64,000 nucleotides of DNA from Bacteroidetes bacterium GWF2_33_16. GTDB taxonomy: Bacteria > Bacteroidota > Bacteroidia > Bacteroidales > UBA12077. The position numbers and the translations under genes were made by a program. The notes below the pieces were generated by a model, which worked only from the letters and a program-made list of their open reading frames with translations, made no database searches and was not told the origin of the DNA. Of this stretch, positions 56,978 to 64,000 are shown piece by piece. Location of the stretch: contig MEOE01000014.1 in the NCBI GenBank assembly GCA_001768565.1, positions 146,267-210,266 of the forward strand, written 5' to 3'. Numbering within the stretch: the first letter of the stretch is position 1; every line of letters starts with the position of its first letter.

Positions 56978-58510
56978 ATGAGAAGATTAACTTTTTATTT
57001 TACAATAGTTTTATTTGTTTTTTCGACTACGGTAAATGCACAATCACAGTATGCCAAAAACATAACTATTGAATCGGTAAAGGCGCATATTGATACATTA
57101 GCATCAGAAAGTATGAAAGGAAGAGATACTGGCTCAGAAGGCATGGAAATGGCTGTCCAGTACATTTCGAATATTTTTAACGAACTTGAACTAAAATCTC
57201 CTTTTCAAGATAATTATTTTCAGCCATTTAATCTTTATAAATATAAAAATGGAGTAAGTACAATTCAAAACCCTTCATATCTTTATTTTCCATCAGTATA
57301 TTCAGGTAGCAAAGATGTTAATGATAGTATAATTATTAAACCTGTATTTGCAGGTTTTGGATCGCCAAAGGATTTTGAAAATCTGGATACTAAAAATAAA
57401 ATTATTACTTTTATTGCTGATGATGTTAAAAGTGCACTCGAATGCATTAATCAAAATTTAAAACCCAATAAACCCAACTACTTTATTGTGGCTCTTCCTT
57501 CTGGTAAAATAAACTTTAAAGATAGCGAGATTCAGCAACTTAATTCTTTTATTAAATTATACGTTTTTGATTACTATGCTCAGGAAAGTATGATGGATTC
57601 AATTGAGTTACAAAAATTTAGAAATACTTATTCTGTGTTTACTGATTTAAGAATTAATTCGGATGAGGATATTCGTGTTTTCTTTATAACACAAAATTGG
57701 TTGACGGCTCTATTTGGAAAAGATGCAAAGGATTTAATCCGGATTTCTAAAGAAAACCAAAAAAGTAATAAGAACCTTTTAAACAGAATTACCGGATTTG
57801 AAATTCAACTTCAAATTGATTTTTCTCCAAGGCTCGATACTATTACAACTAAAAACGTTGTGGGGTATATTGAAGGTTCTGAATTAAAAAATGAGTATGT
57901 TATAGTTGGTGCACATTACGACCATGTTGGAGTGAATTCCGATAGCACAATTAATTATGGAGCCGACGACAATGCTTCAGGAACTGGAGCTGTGCTTGAA
58001 CTTGCAAAACAATTTATGCAGGCTAAAAGAGATGGAGTAAAGTTTAAACGAAGCATTCTATTTGTAACATTTGCTGCCGAAGAAAAGGGATTGTTTGGAT
58101 CTACTGTATTCAACAATAATCAGCCAACCCAGTTGGGAAAAATTCATTTATTAATTAATATGGATATGATTGGTCGAAATAATAGTAATAAAGAAAAATA
58201 TAATAATACTATTTTTGTTACCGGGTGGAAAGGTGGTAATAAGTATAAAAAAATTGCTAGACAGGAAAATAGAAGCAATACAAATTTAAGAGTTGATTTT
58301 ACACCAGGTTTGAAGAAAAGATTTACCTGGAAATACAGTTCCGATCATTATCCTTTTGCAACGAAGAATATACCTGTGTTAGTATTTTTTACAGGTTTAC
58401 ATCCCGATTACCATACGCCAAGAGATACTCCCGATAAAATAAATTACGACAAGTACCACCGAATTGTAAAGTTAATCTTCGAAACGACATGGGAAGTAGT
58501 AAATAAATAA
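56978..58510 (+). CDS. M28 family zinc aminopeptidase (with PA-like insert)
   Basis: NVVGYIEGS...VIVGAHYDHVG, GADDNASGTGAVLELA and FAAEEKGLFGS metal-ligand motifs, plus a signal peptide. Confidence 0.85.
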   Translation: MRRLTFYFTIVLFVFSTTVNAQSQYAKNITIESVKAHIDTLASESMKGRDTGSEGMEMAVQYISNIFNELELKSPFQDNYFQPFNLYKYKNGVSTIQNPSYLYFPSVYSGSKDVNDSIIIKPVFAGFGSPKDFENLDTKNKIITFIADDVKSALECINQNLKPNKPNYFIVALPSGKINFKDSEIQQLNSFIKLYVFDYYAQESMMDSIELQKFRNTYSVFTDLRINSDEDIRVFFITQNWLTALFGKDAKDLIRISKENQKSNKNLLNRITGFEIQLQIDFSPRLDTITTKNVVGYIEGSELKNEYVIVGAHYDHVGVNSDSTINYGADDNASGTGAVLELAKQFMQAKRDGVKFKRSILFVTFAAEEKGLFGSTVFNNNQPTQLGKIHLLINMDMIGRNNSNKEKYNNTIFVTGWKGGNKYKKIARQENRSNTNLRVDFTPGLKKRFTWKYSSDHYPFATKNIPVLVFFTGLHPDYHTPRDTPDKINYDKYHRIVKLIFETTWEVVNK

Positions 58511-58517
58511 GCTATAG

Positions 58518-58548
58518 TAGAATGGGCAAAAGCCCATTCTATTTTTTT
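58518..58548. terminator. Bidirectional intrinsic terminator
   Basis: TAGAATGGGC / GCCCATTCTA stem with an AAAA loop, followed by TTTTTTT. It overlaps the stop of the convergent HutD-like gene. Confidence 0.75.
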
Positions 58549-59129
58549 ATAGAAATTCGAGTCATAATTATTTCTGAATATGATATTGATTCAATTAAAA
58601 AAGGTTTATTTATTTCTGATAAATCAATAATTAAAACATCATTTTTTTCAATTAAATATGAATGATTTTCAGTTTTAAATTTAAAATCTCCTGTGTAAGC
58701 ATACAAAACTAAAAAATCAAAGTTTTTAAATTTCTCGAACTCATATCGTTCTCCTTTTTGCAATGTTATTGCTTCAATATCACCAAAAGCATTACTTATG
58801 GTCATTAAATTAAAATCGGTTGCTTTACCAAAACTTATGGTATCCCAGTCGCCTGAGAACTCATCCTGCTCAAACTTTTTAAGTGTTTTAGAATGATGAT
58901 CGCTGTGTTCAATTCTAATTTCACCATCCAGAATCATTAATTTTCTTGAAACTCCGGGTAATTTTGTAAATGTTGATTCTTCTGCCTCGACGGTTGCAGT
59001 ACTGATTCTGAACTGAAAGTTTCTCTCCTTGTATTCCGCATTTTGGGGATAAATTGCAAGCTGAGTTGTTGTTCCGCCCGACCATTGGCTTGTTATTAAA
59101 TCAGATGCTTTAATATGTTCAATTTTCAT
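58539..59129 (-). CDS. HutD/Ves family protein
   Basis: The ITSQWSGGTTTQLAIYP pattern is typical of HutD. The ATG at 59129 (MKIEHI...) is preferred. Confidence 0.65.
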   Translation of the reverse strand: MKIEHIKASDLITSQWSGGTTTQLAIYPQNAEYKERNFQFRISTATVEAEESTFTKLPGVSRKLMILDGEIRIEHSDHHSKTLKKFEQDEFSGDWDTISFGKATDFNLMTISNAFGDIEAITLQKGERYEFEKFKNFDFLVLYAYTGDFKFKTENHSYLIEKNDVLIIDLSEINKPFLIESISYSEIIMTRISIKK

Positions 59130-59136
59130 AGCATAT

Positions 59137-59173
59137 AAATAAAAATCAGGCAAACTTACTAAGATTGCCTGAT
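59137..59173 (-). terminator. Rho-independent terminator after the mini-MotA/ExbB-like gene (copy 1 of a conserved hairpin)
   Basis: ATCAGGCAA (59145-59153) pairs with TTGCCTGAT (59165-59173), with a T-run on the minus strand. Confidence 0.7.
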
Positions 59174-59192
59174 ATAAAAATTGAATATGAAA

Positions 59193-59579
59193 TTAATCTT
59201 TTATTAGATTTCTGAAAATAAACCAGATTAATGTGGTTATTAAAAATAAAAAGAAGAAGTACAATGGTGCAATTAGAGAAACTCTTAATCCGCTAACTAA
59301 TAAAGCTGGAGAAATATCCTGTGCAACCTCAATTGCTGCCAATGCACCATAAATACCTGCGGTTCTGTAAAAAAATGAAATAAGTAATCCAAAAACACCA
59401 ATAAAAATAATGTTCTGGTTAAGTTTCTCAAGTTTCTTACTATTTCTGTTTTGTGAATAGTAATTTCTTAAAAACCTGATTATAAAAAATAGTACAAGAA
59501 CCCACATGATGTAATGAAGTGTCATAAAGAATGGTCCGCCTTCGAAAAAGTGTTGTTTTAATAAATCTGCTACTGACAT
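59193..59579 (-). CDS. Small 3-TM protein, MotA/TolQ/ExbB-like minimal channel (paralog 1)
   Basis: The FFEGGPFFM N-terminus and the TM2-TM3 pattern GVFGLL...DISPALLVSGLRVSLIAP resemble the MotA_ExbB domain. It is paralogous to 61172-61543. Confidence 0.5.
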   Translation of the reverse strand: MSVADLLKQHFFEGGPFFMTLHYIMWVLVLFFIIRFLRNYYSQNRNSKKLEKLNQNIIFIGVFGLLISFFYRTAGIYGALAAIEVAQDISPALLVSGLRVSLIAPLYFFFLFLITTLIWFIFRNLIKD

Positions 59580-59666
59580 AATTTTATTTTTTTTAGTTTT
59601 TTTAATTTATACTAATAATTAATATTATAAATCACTGTTTAAAACTGATATTAGCTTAATGCGGCT

Positions 59667-60548
59667 TTACTTTTCATTTGTTTTTGCTAATGAAATTAAA
59701 CCACCCATTGCTCCAAGATTCATTGAATCTAATGCTGAACTTGGAACTATAACCATAGAACCTTTTTCTTTTAATCCTTCAAACAACATATTCATACCAC
59801 GAAGATGTAAGGCTACTGGATTGTTTATGTATTGTTCACTTGCTTTAGCAAACTTTTCTGCTATTTCTGTTTCGGCTGTTCCTAGAATTACCCTTGCTCT
59901 TCTTTCTCTTTCAGCCTGTGCTTCTTTACTCATGGCATCGGCTAATGCCGGTGGAATTACGATGTCTTTTATTCCAACTGTTTGGCATGTAATTCCCCAT
60001 GGATTAGTATTCATATCCAGAACTTTTTGCAAATCTTCAGCAATTTTATCTCTTTCTTGCAACAAATCAGATAATTCATGTTTGCCAATAATATCTCTTA
60101 AACCAGTTTGAGCAATATATGAAATAGCTTTTTCGTAATCTTGCACTTCGAGTGCCGCTTTTTCAACATCCCAAACGGTCCAATATACTACGGCATCAAC
60201 ATTTACAGGAACAGTATCTTTTGTTAAAGTTTGTTCTGCTTTAAAATCAGTTACACGAACACGCTGATCAATATATAAGTGCACTTTGTCGATTATTGGA
60301 ATAATAAGAAATAATCCAGGGCCTTTAAGACCCTTATATTTCCCCATTCTTAAAACAACGGCCTTTTCCCACTGATCGGCAATATAAATTGAATTGGTAA
60401 TGATGCATGATATAATGATTAGTGTAACTAAAAATGAAATATTTATGATTCCCAAAAAATACAATCCTGTTATAATACCAAGTAGTATAATTAATAAGGT
60501 AAGTGAAATAGGATTAAAAAAACCTTTAGTAATTGTGTGTGTTTTCAT
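59667..60548 (-). CDS. SPFH/band-7 (stomatin-like) protein
   Basis: N-terminal TM region followed by the SPFH core (QWEKAVVLRMGKY...GPGLFLIIPIIDKV...VDAVVYW...RDIIG) and a coiled-coil (AQAERERRARV). Confidence 0.9.
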   Translation of the reverse strand: MKTHTITKGFFNPISLTLLIILLGIITGLYFLGIINISFLVTLIIISCIITNSIYIADQWEKAVVLRMGKYKGLKGPGLFLIIPIIDKVHLYIDQRVRVTDFKAEQTLTKDTVPVNVDAVVYWTVWDVEKAALEVQDYEKAISYIAQTGLRDIIGKHELSDLLQERDKIAEDLQKVLDMNTNPWGITCQTVGIKDIVIPPALADAMSKEAQAERERRARVILGTAETEIAEKFAKASEQYINNPVALHLRGMNMLFEGLKEKGSMVIVPSSALDSMNLGAMGGLISLAKTNEK

Positions 60549-60560
60549 TTTATTTATTTT

Positions 60561-60935
60561 TTAGTTTGAATTTTGTTTTTGAAGTTGATTTATGAGATCA
60601 TTTACTGTAAATCCATAACTGAAGGCTATGGTAGAAAATTCATTACAGATATCTTGTAGTTTTTTATTTTTTTCTTTTTCAGATATCTGGATTTCAATTT
60701 TGTTGATGAATGTTCCTGTACCTTGCTGCGTTTCCAAGACTTGCTGTATTTCAAGTTCTTTATAGGCTTTTGCAACCGTGTTTAGATTTACTTTTAATTC
60801 AACAGCCAATGCACGAACTGTTGGTAATTGCTCTCCAATTTTAAGATTGCCTGATGCAATACCAAATTTAATTTGGTCAATAATCTGACGATAAAAAGGA
60901 GTACCTGCTTTTGGATCTAAAATAAAATGTATCAT
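60561..60935 (-). CDS. Short GntR-family (YtrA-like) transcriptional regulator
   Basis: PFYRQIIDQIKFGIASGNLKIGEQLPTVRALAVELKVNLNTVAKAYKELE wHTH plus a short C-terminal tail. The first ATG is at 60935; the ORF-track start is a TTG. Confidence 0.85.
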   Translation of the reverse strand: MIHFILDPKAGTPFYRQIIDQIKFGIASGNLKIGEQLPTVRALAVELKVNLNTVAKAYKELEIQQVLETQQGTGTFINKIEIQISEKEKNKKLQDICNEFSTIAFSYGFTVNDLINQLQKQNSN

Positions 60936-60951
60936 TGTTGTAAAGATATAA

Positions 60952-60971
60952 TGTACTATAAGACTAGTACA
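60952..60971. promoter_or_regulatory. Candidate GntR operator palindrome
   Basis: TGTACTA-taagac-TAGTACA lies 17-36 bp upstream of the GntR ATG and fits the GT-Nx-AC core of GntR operators. Confidence 0.45.
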
Positions 60972-61116
60972 AACATACAATGTGAATTTGATATTTCAAA
61001 ATAAATTATAAATATTTTTTAATAATTTTTTGTTTTTCCTTAATAATAGGGTTTTGTAGAAGAAATTACAGTTTTAAATATAAAAAATCAAACTTCAGTT
61101 TTTACAATTTCAATGT

Positions 61117-61152
61117 ATAAAAAAATCAGGCAAACTTAAAAGAATGCCTGAT
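61117..61152 (-). terminator. Rho-independent terminator after mini-MotA/ExbB paralog 2 (copy 2 of the conserved hairpin)
   Basis: ATCAGGCA (61125-61132) pairs with TGCCTGAT (61145-61152), with a T-run on the minus strand. The 18 nt AAAAATCAGGCAAACTTA are identical to 59141-59158. Confidence 0.7.
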
Positions 61153-61171
61153 TCTATTTTCGATAGAAGAT

Positions 61172-61543
61172 TTATCTTTTTAAAAGATTTCGGTTTATAA
61201 ACCAAATGATTGCAGATACAAGTAGTAATGCAAATCCATAAATAACTGTAATTAGTGTTACTCTTAATCCCCCTGCAATTAGAGAAAAGGCAATATCTCC
61301 TTCTCTATGAATAACATCTAAAATTTGAAAGAATCCAATAATTTGTCCAAAAATTCCGAACAGGAATGCAAAGCTTCCACTAAATAAAATGATTGAATTG
61401 TACTTTTCTAGCTTTACTAAATTTCTTTTGTCAGAAAAATAATTTACCAAAAAATTTGCAGCAAAAAATAACACAACAATCCACATAATGTAAATAAGGA
61501 GCATGAAATAAGGTCCACCTTCAAAAAAATGTTTTACGATCAT
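61172..61543 (-). CDS. Small 3-TM protein, MotA/TolQ/ExbB-like minimal channel (paralog 2)
   Basis: HFFEGGPYFM...GIFGQIIG...IAFSLIAGGLRVTLITVIYG is colinear with 59193-59579. Confidence 0.5.
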   Translation of the reverse strand: MIVKHFFEGGPYFMLLIYIMWIVVLFFAANFLVNYFSDKRNLVKLEKYNSIILFSGSFAFLFGIFGQIIGFFQILDVIHREGDIAFSLIAGGLRVTLITVIYGFALLLVSAIIWFINRNLLKR

Positions 61544-61705
61544 AATTTTAAGTTTTTGATTAATACTGATTCAATAATACATCCGATTAATCAAGATAAA
61601 AAAATATTTATGCCAAGGTACAATTTTATCATCCAGATAACAAACCCGACTTGGTTAACGCACTATTTCCGTTTAGGGTGATAAAGCTGTTGTTCACATA
61701 AATTC

Positions 61706-62830
61706 ATGAAGAGACGGATGCTACAGAAAAATTATATACTATCTTTGAAACAATCTATGGAAGATCAAAAAATATATAATCTGGTAATCACAAAAAGTAA
61801 CTGGATTGCACAAATTATTTATTGGTTAGTTGCTGCTAGTTTACTTTTTTTTATTTTTAGTAATAGAGGCTACGACCATACTATCCGTTTAGTATTCGTA
61901 AGTTTTATAATTACCTTAAGTTATATTGTTACTTATATTGTAAATAACTATTTAATCCCAAGGTATTTGTTTGCAGGTAAGTTATTGATTTTTATTTATT
62001 TAATTGTTGGTGTTTTTATTACGATCTTATGGTTGATTTTATATTCATTAATTTTAATCGTTATCTATAATGCATATAATCCGAATATTATGGTTCCTCA
62101 GAAGGATGATATCATTATTCTGGTTACAGGTAGCTATTTAATTATTGTGTTTGCAACAGTTATTCATTTTGTAAAAGAATCGTATAGAAAGTTAATCGAA
62201 AAGAATGATATTATTAAACAAAAGCAGATAGCGGAAATCAAACTAAATGATGCCAAACTTAAATTATTACAAGGACAGATTCACCCGCATTTTTTGTTTA
62301 ATATGCTAAACAATTTATATGGTTTGGTTAAAGAAAGCGCCGATGAGTCGAGAAATGTAATTGTAAAACTTTCCGATTTACTTGATTATATGCTCTATAA
62401 GTGCGATAAATCTGAAGTGCTTTTGGCTGATGAAATTCAATTTATTAAAAATTATATTGAACTTGAAAGAATCAGGCATGACGAGAATTTTAATGTAACA
62501 ATAAATTCCGCAGATTTTATAGATGATTTAAAAATTGCACCTTTAGTTTTGTTTCCCTTTGTAGAAAATGCATTCAAACATGGATTCCATAACCCCACTG
62601 AGAGTTTTGTAATAATAGATTTTCATATTAAAGATCAACAATTGAATTTTAACATTGAAAATAGCATTTCAAAAGTTATAAATGATAAATATTTGAAACA
62701 AGAAGGGAAAGGTATAGGATTAAAAAATAGTAAGGAAAGACTAGAACTGATTTATAAAGATAAATATCGGTTAGATATTGAGGAAGATGTGCGGCGTTTT
62801 TCAGTTAAATTAGTAATTGACTTGAATTAA
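61706..62830 (+). CDS. LytS/YehU-type sensor histidine kinase (His_kinase PF06580)
   Basis: Five or six TM helices, then QIHPHFLFNMLNNLY and an HATPase region (FVENAFKHG...GKGIGLKN). The exact start is uncertain. Confidence 0.85.
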   Translation: MKRRMLQKNYILSLKQSMEDQKIYNLVITKSNWIAQIIYWLVAASLLFFIFSNRGYDHTIRLVFVSFIITLSYIVTYIVNNYLIPRYLFAGKLLIFIYLIVGVFITILWLILYSLILIVIYNAYNPNIMVPQKDDIIILVTGSYLIIVFATVIHFVKESYRKLIEKNDIIKQKQIAEIKLNDAKLKLLQGQIHPHFLFNMLNNLYGLVKESADESRNVIVKLSDLLDYMLYKCDKSEVLLADEIQFIKNYIELERIRHDENFNVTINSADFIDDLKIAPLVLFPFVENAFKHGFHNPTESFVIIDFHIKDQQLNFNIENSISKVINDKYLKQEGKGIGLKNSKERLELIYKDKYRLDIEEDVRRFSVKLVIDLN

Positions 62831-62832
62831 AA

Positions 62833-63543
62833 ATGGCAAACGATATAAAATACAAATGTGTAATAATTGATGACGAACCAATTGCAATTAGGGTTATTCA
62901 AGAGCATTTAAGTAATTTTAAAGATTTTGAATGTGTTCAAACTTTTACCAAAGCTCTTGATGCTATTCAATTGTTAAATAAGGAAAAAATTGATTTGTTA
63001 TTTCTCGATATAAATATGCCCGGCATTTCGGGGATAGAATTTTTAAAAACATTAGCAAAACCACCCAAAGTGATTTTTATTACTGCCTATCGCAATTTTG
63101 CTGTAGATGCATTTGATCTGGATGCTTTGGATTATATAGTTAAACCTATCTCGTTTGAACGGTTCTTAAAAGCAATAAATAAGTTTCTTTCTGTTTCGAA
63201 TCCATCAGAGACTTTAAGTTCAGAACAAAAACAGGAGAAAGATTACATTATTTTAAAATCAGATAAAAAGAATTATAAGATTCATTTTAACGATATACTA
63301 TTTATTGAGAGTCTGGATAATTATATAAAAGTGCATACATCCGAATTTTCAATAATTTGCTATGAACGACTCTCTGCAATTGAAAGGGAATTGCCAAGCT
63401 CAGATTTTATAAGAATACACAGGTCGTTTATTATAAATTATTCAAAAGTAGATTTGTTTACCTCAGCATTTGTTGAGATTGCTGGTCGCAAATTTACAAT
63501 TGGACGAAACTATCGCGACGAAGTAGTGAAAAGATTTTCTTAG
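62833..63543 (+). CDS. LytTR-family response regulator
   Basis: Receiver domain (VIIDDEP...DLLFLDINMPG...KP) plus a LytTR domain (FIRIHRSFIINYSKV). Confidence 0.9.
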   Translation: MANDIKYKCVIIDDEPIAIRVIQEHLSNFKDFECVQTFTKALDAIQLLNKEKIDLLFLDINMPGISGIEFLKTLAKPPKVIFITAYRNFAVDAFDLDALDYIVKPISFERFLKAINKFLSVSNPSETLSSEQKQEKDYIILKSDKKNYKIHFNDILFIESLDNYIKVHTSEFSIICYERLSAIERELPSSDFIRIHRSFIINYSKVDLFTSAFVEIAGRKFTIGRNYRDEVVKRFS

Positions 63544-63992
63544 TATCTTGGAGTGTCTTTTATTTCTTCGAAGTAAGATTCAACCCCAACTTCTTTCATT
63601 TTATTTTGAATACTTAGCCATCTTTTTTCAAGATGTTCGTCAAAACCATGTTTTGAGCATGGAAATTCGATGCATTGAAAACAAAAATCAACCGAACGAT
63701 CTTTTGAGCATTGTTTTACATTGCATGCTGTAAATAATTTACACGCATCGTTTCGGCATCCTTTGCACTGAGCTTTTGAAAGATGATCAAGCATGATTTT
63801 AAAATCGGGATATATGGCAAATACAGGCTCATTTAGAAGCACTTGAAAACGCTCCGCATAGATATCAAAGTTTCCTAAGTTTTCTTTTAATTCGGAACTT
63901 AGTTTTTGAATACTCCCATCGCAAAAGGCAAAGCATTTTGAGCAATTAAGACCGCATGGTCCTAGTTTTGCTAATAATTCTGTTAAGATCAT
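63540..63992 (-). CDS. DUF3795-like Cys-rich protein
   Basis: GPCGLNCSKCFAF ... CKGCRN ... CNVKQC ... CFQCIEFPC pattern typical of DUF3795. Its stop overlaps the regulator stop by 4 nt. Confidence 0.7.
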   Translation of the reverse strand: MILTELLAKLGPCGLNCSKCFAFCDGSIQKLSSELKENLGNFDIYAERFQVLLNEPVFAIYPDFKIMLDHLSKAQCKGCRNDACKLFTACNVKQCSKDRSVDFCFQCIEFPCSKHGFDEHLEKRWLSIQNKMKEVGVESYFEEIKDTPRY

Positions 63993-64000
63993 TAAATTAA

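Noticed and set aside
59659-60111. 150-aa plus-strand ORF. Similar antisense ORFs lie at 56424-56777, 39506-39751, 39758-40066, 34793-35050, 29283-29528 and 42361-42636.
   Set aside because: Each lies entirely antisense within a well-supported gene and has low-complexity or odd composition with no motifs. These are typical shadow ORFs of an AT-rich genome.
61544-61705. Search for LytTR-type direct repeats in the divergent spacer between mini-MotA paralog 2 and the LytS-type kinase
   Set aside because: I found only loose words (TGATTAATAC/TGATTCAATA; GGTTAACGC, CCGTTTAGG) with inconsistent spacing. This is not convincing without a genome-wide motif model.
63540-63543. 4-nt overlap of convergent stop codons (LytTR regulator and DUF3795) as a possible regulatory arrangement
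   Set aside because: Tail-to-tail overlaps of this size are common in compact genomes. No associated structure is seen.
1-64000. Scan for mobile elements, tRNA or rRNA genes, prophage or defence islands
   Set aside because: No transposase, integrase, recombinase, restriction-modification, toxin-antitoxin or phage-like ORFs were recognised. No spacer has tRNA-like GC-rich cloverleaf potential. The only composition shift is the very AT-rich variable half of the O-antigen locus, which is typical for such loci.

Overview
AT-rich chromosomal segment that looks like Bacteroidota: a T9SS C-terminal sorting domain, a BACON-like domain, TAnnTTTG -7 promoter boxes, a CarboxypepD_reg TonB-dependent receptor, and anaerobe markers (iorAB, NifX-like/DUF134, several radical SAM genes). 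I see no rRNA, tRNA, CRISPR array, transposase, integrase or recognisable defence genes. Layout: (1) 1-16.7 kb is an O-antigen/polysaccharide locus. It has a very AT-rich variable half (GT-C-like enzyme, PIG-L deacetylase, WbqC, GT4, Wzx, Wzy-like, acetyltransferase) and a conserved UDP-L-FucNAc module (fnlABC, WbuB-like GT, WbpL/WecA-like initiating transferase), followed by an O-antigen-ligase-family protein and a convergent Wzz-like gene. (2) 16.7-33 kb holds housekeeping and signalling genes: trmD, Hsp20, a PAS histidine kinase, a SiaB/SiaC-like module with SDR and VOC enzymes, a PiT phosphate transporter, an orphan OmpR/PhoB-type regulator, DUF4301 and a TonB-dependent receptor. (3) 33-44 kb holds iorAB, NifX-like/DUF134, a CaCA antiporter and a pentapeptide-repeat K+ channel. 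(4) 44-51.4 kb holds AddB-like and AddA-like genes separated by a TIGR01212 radical SAM gene. (5) 51.6-64 kb holds a T9SS BNR-propeller protein, mnmA, a radical SAM gene, an M28 peptidase, a GntR-stomatin-mini-MotA/ExbB cluster and a LytS/LytTR pair. Most of this is ordinary. The candidates most worth a second look are: (a) a dispersed family of degenerate short-period (mostly 7 bp, AGCTNNN or CTTTAG-core) stutter repeats that sit just after stop codons or just before start codons in at least nine spacers; (b) the GntR-SPFH-mini-MotA/ExbB cluster, with a duplicated channel gene and a conserved terminator hairpin; (c) a SiaB/SiaC-like partner-switch pair with no phosphatase or cyclase, in an operon with two enzymes; (d) four 11-bp-phased PhoP/PhoB-type boxes upstream of the PiT gene. 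All functional calls come from motif recognition by eye and need HMM or BLAST confirmation.
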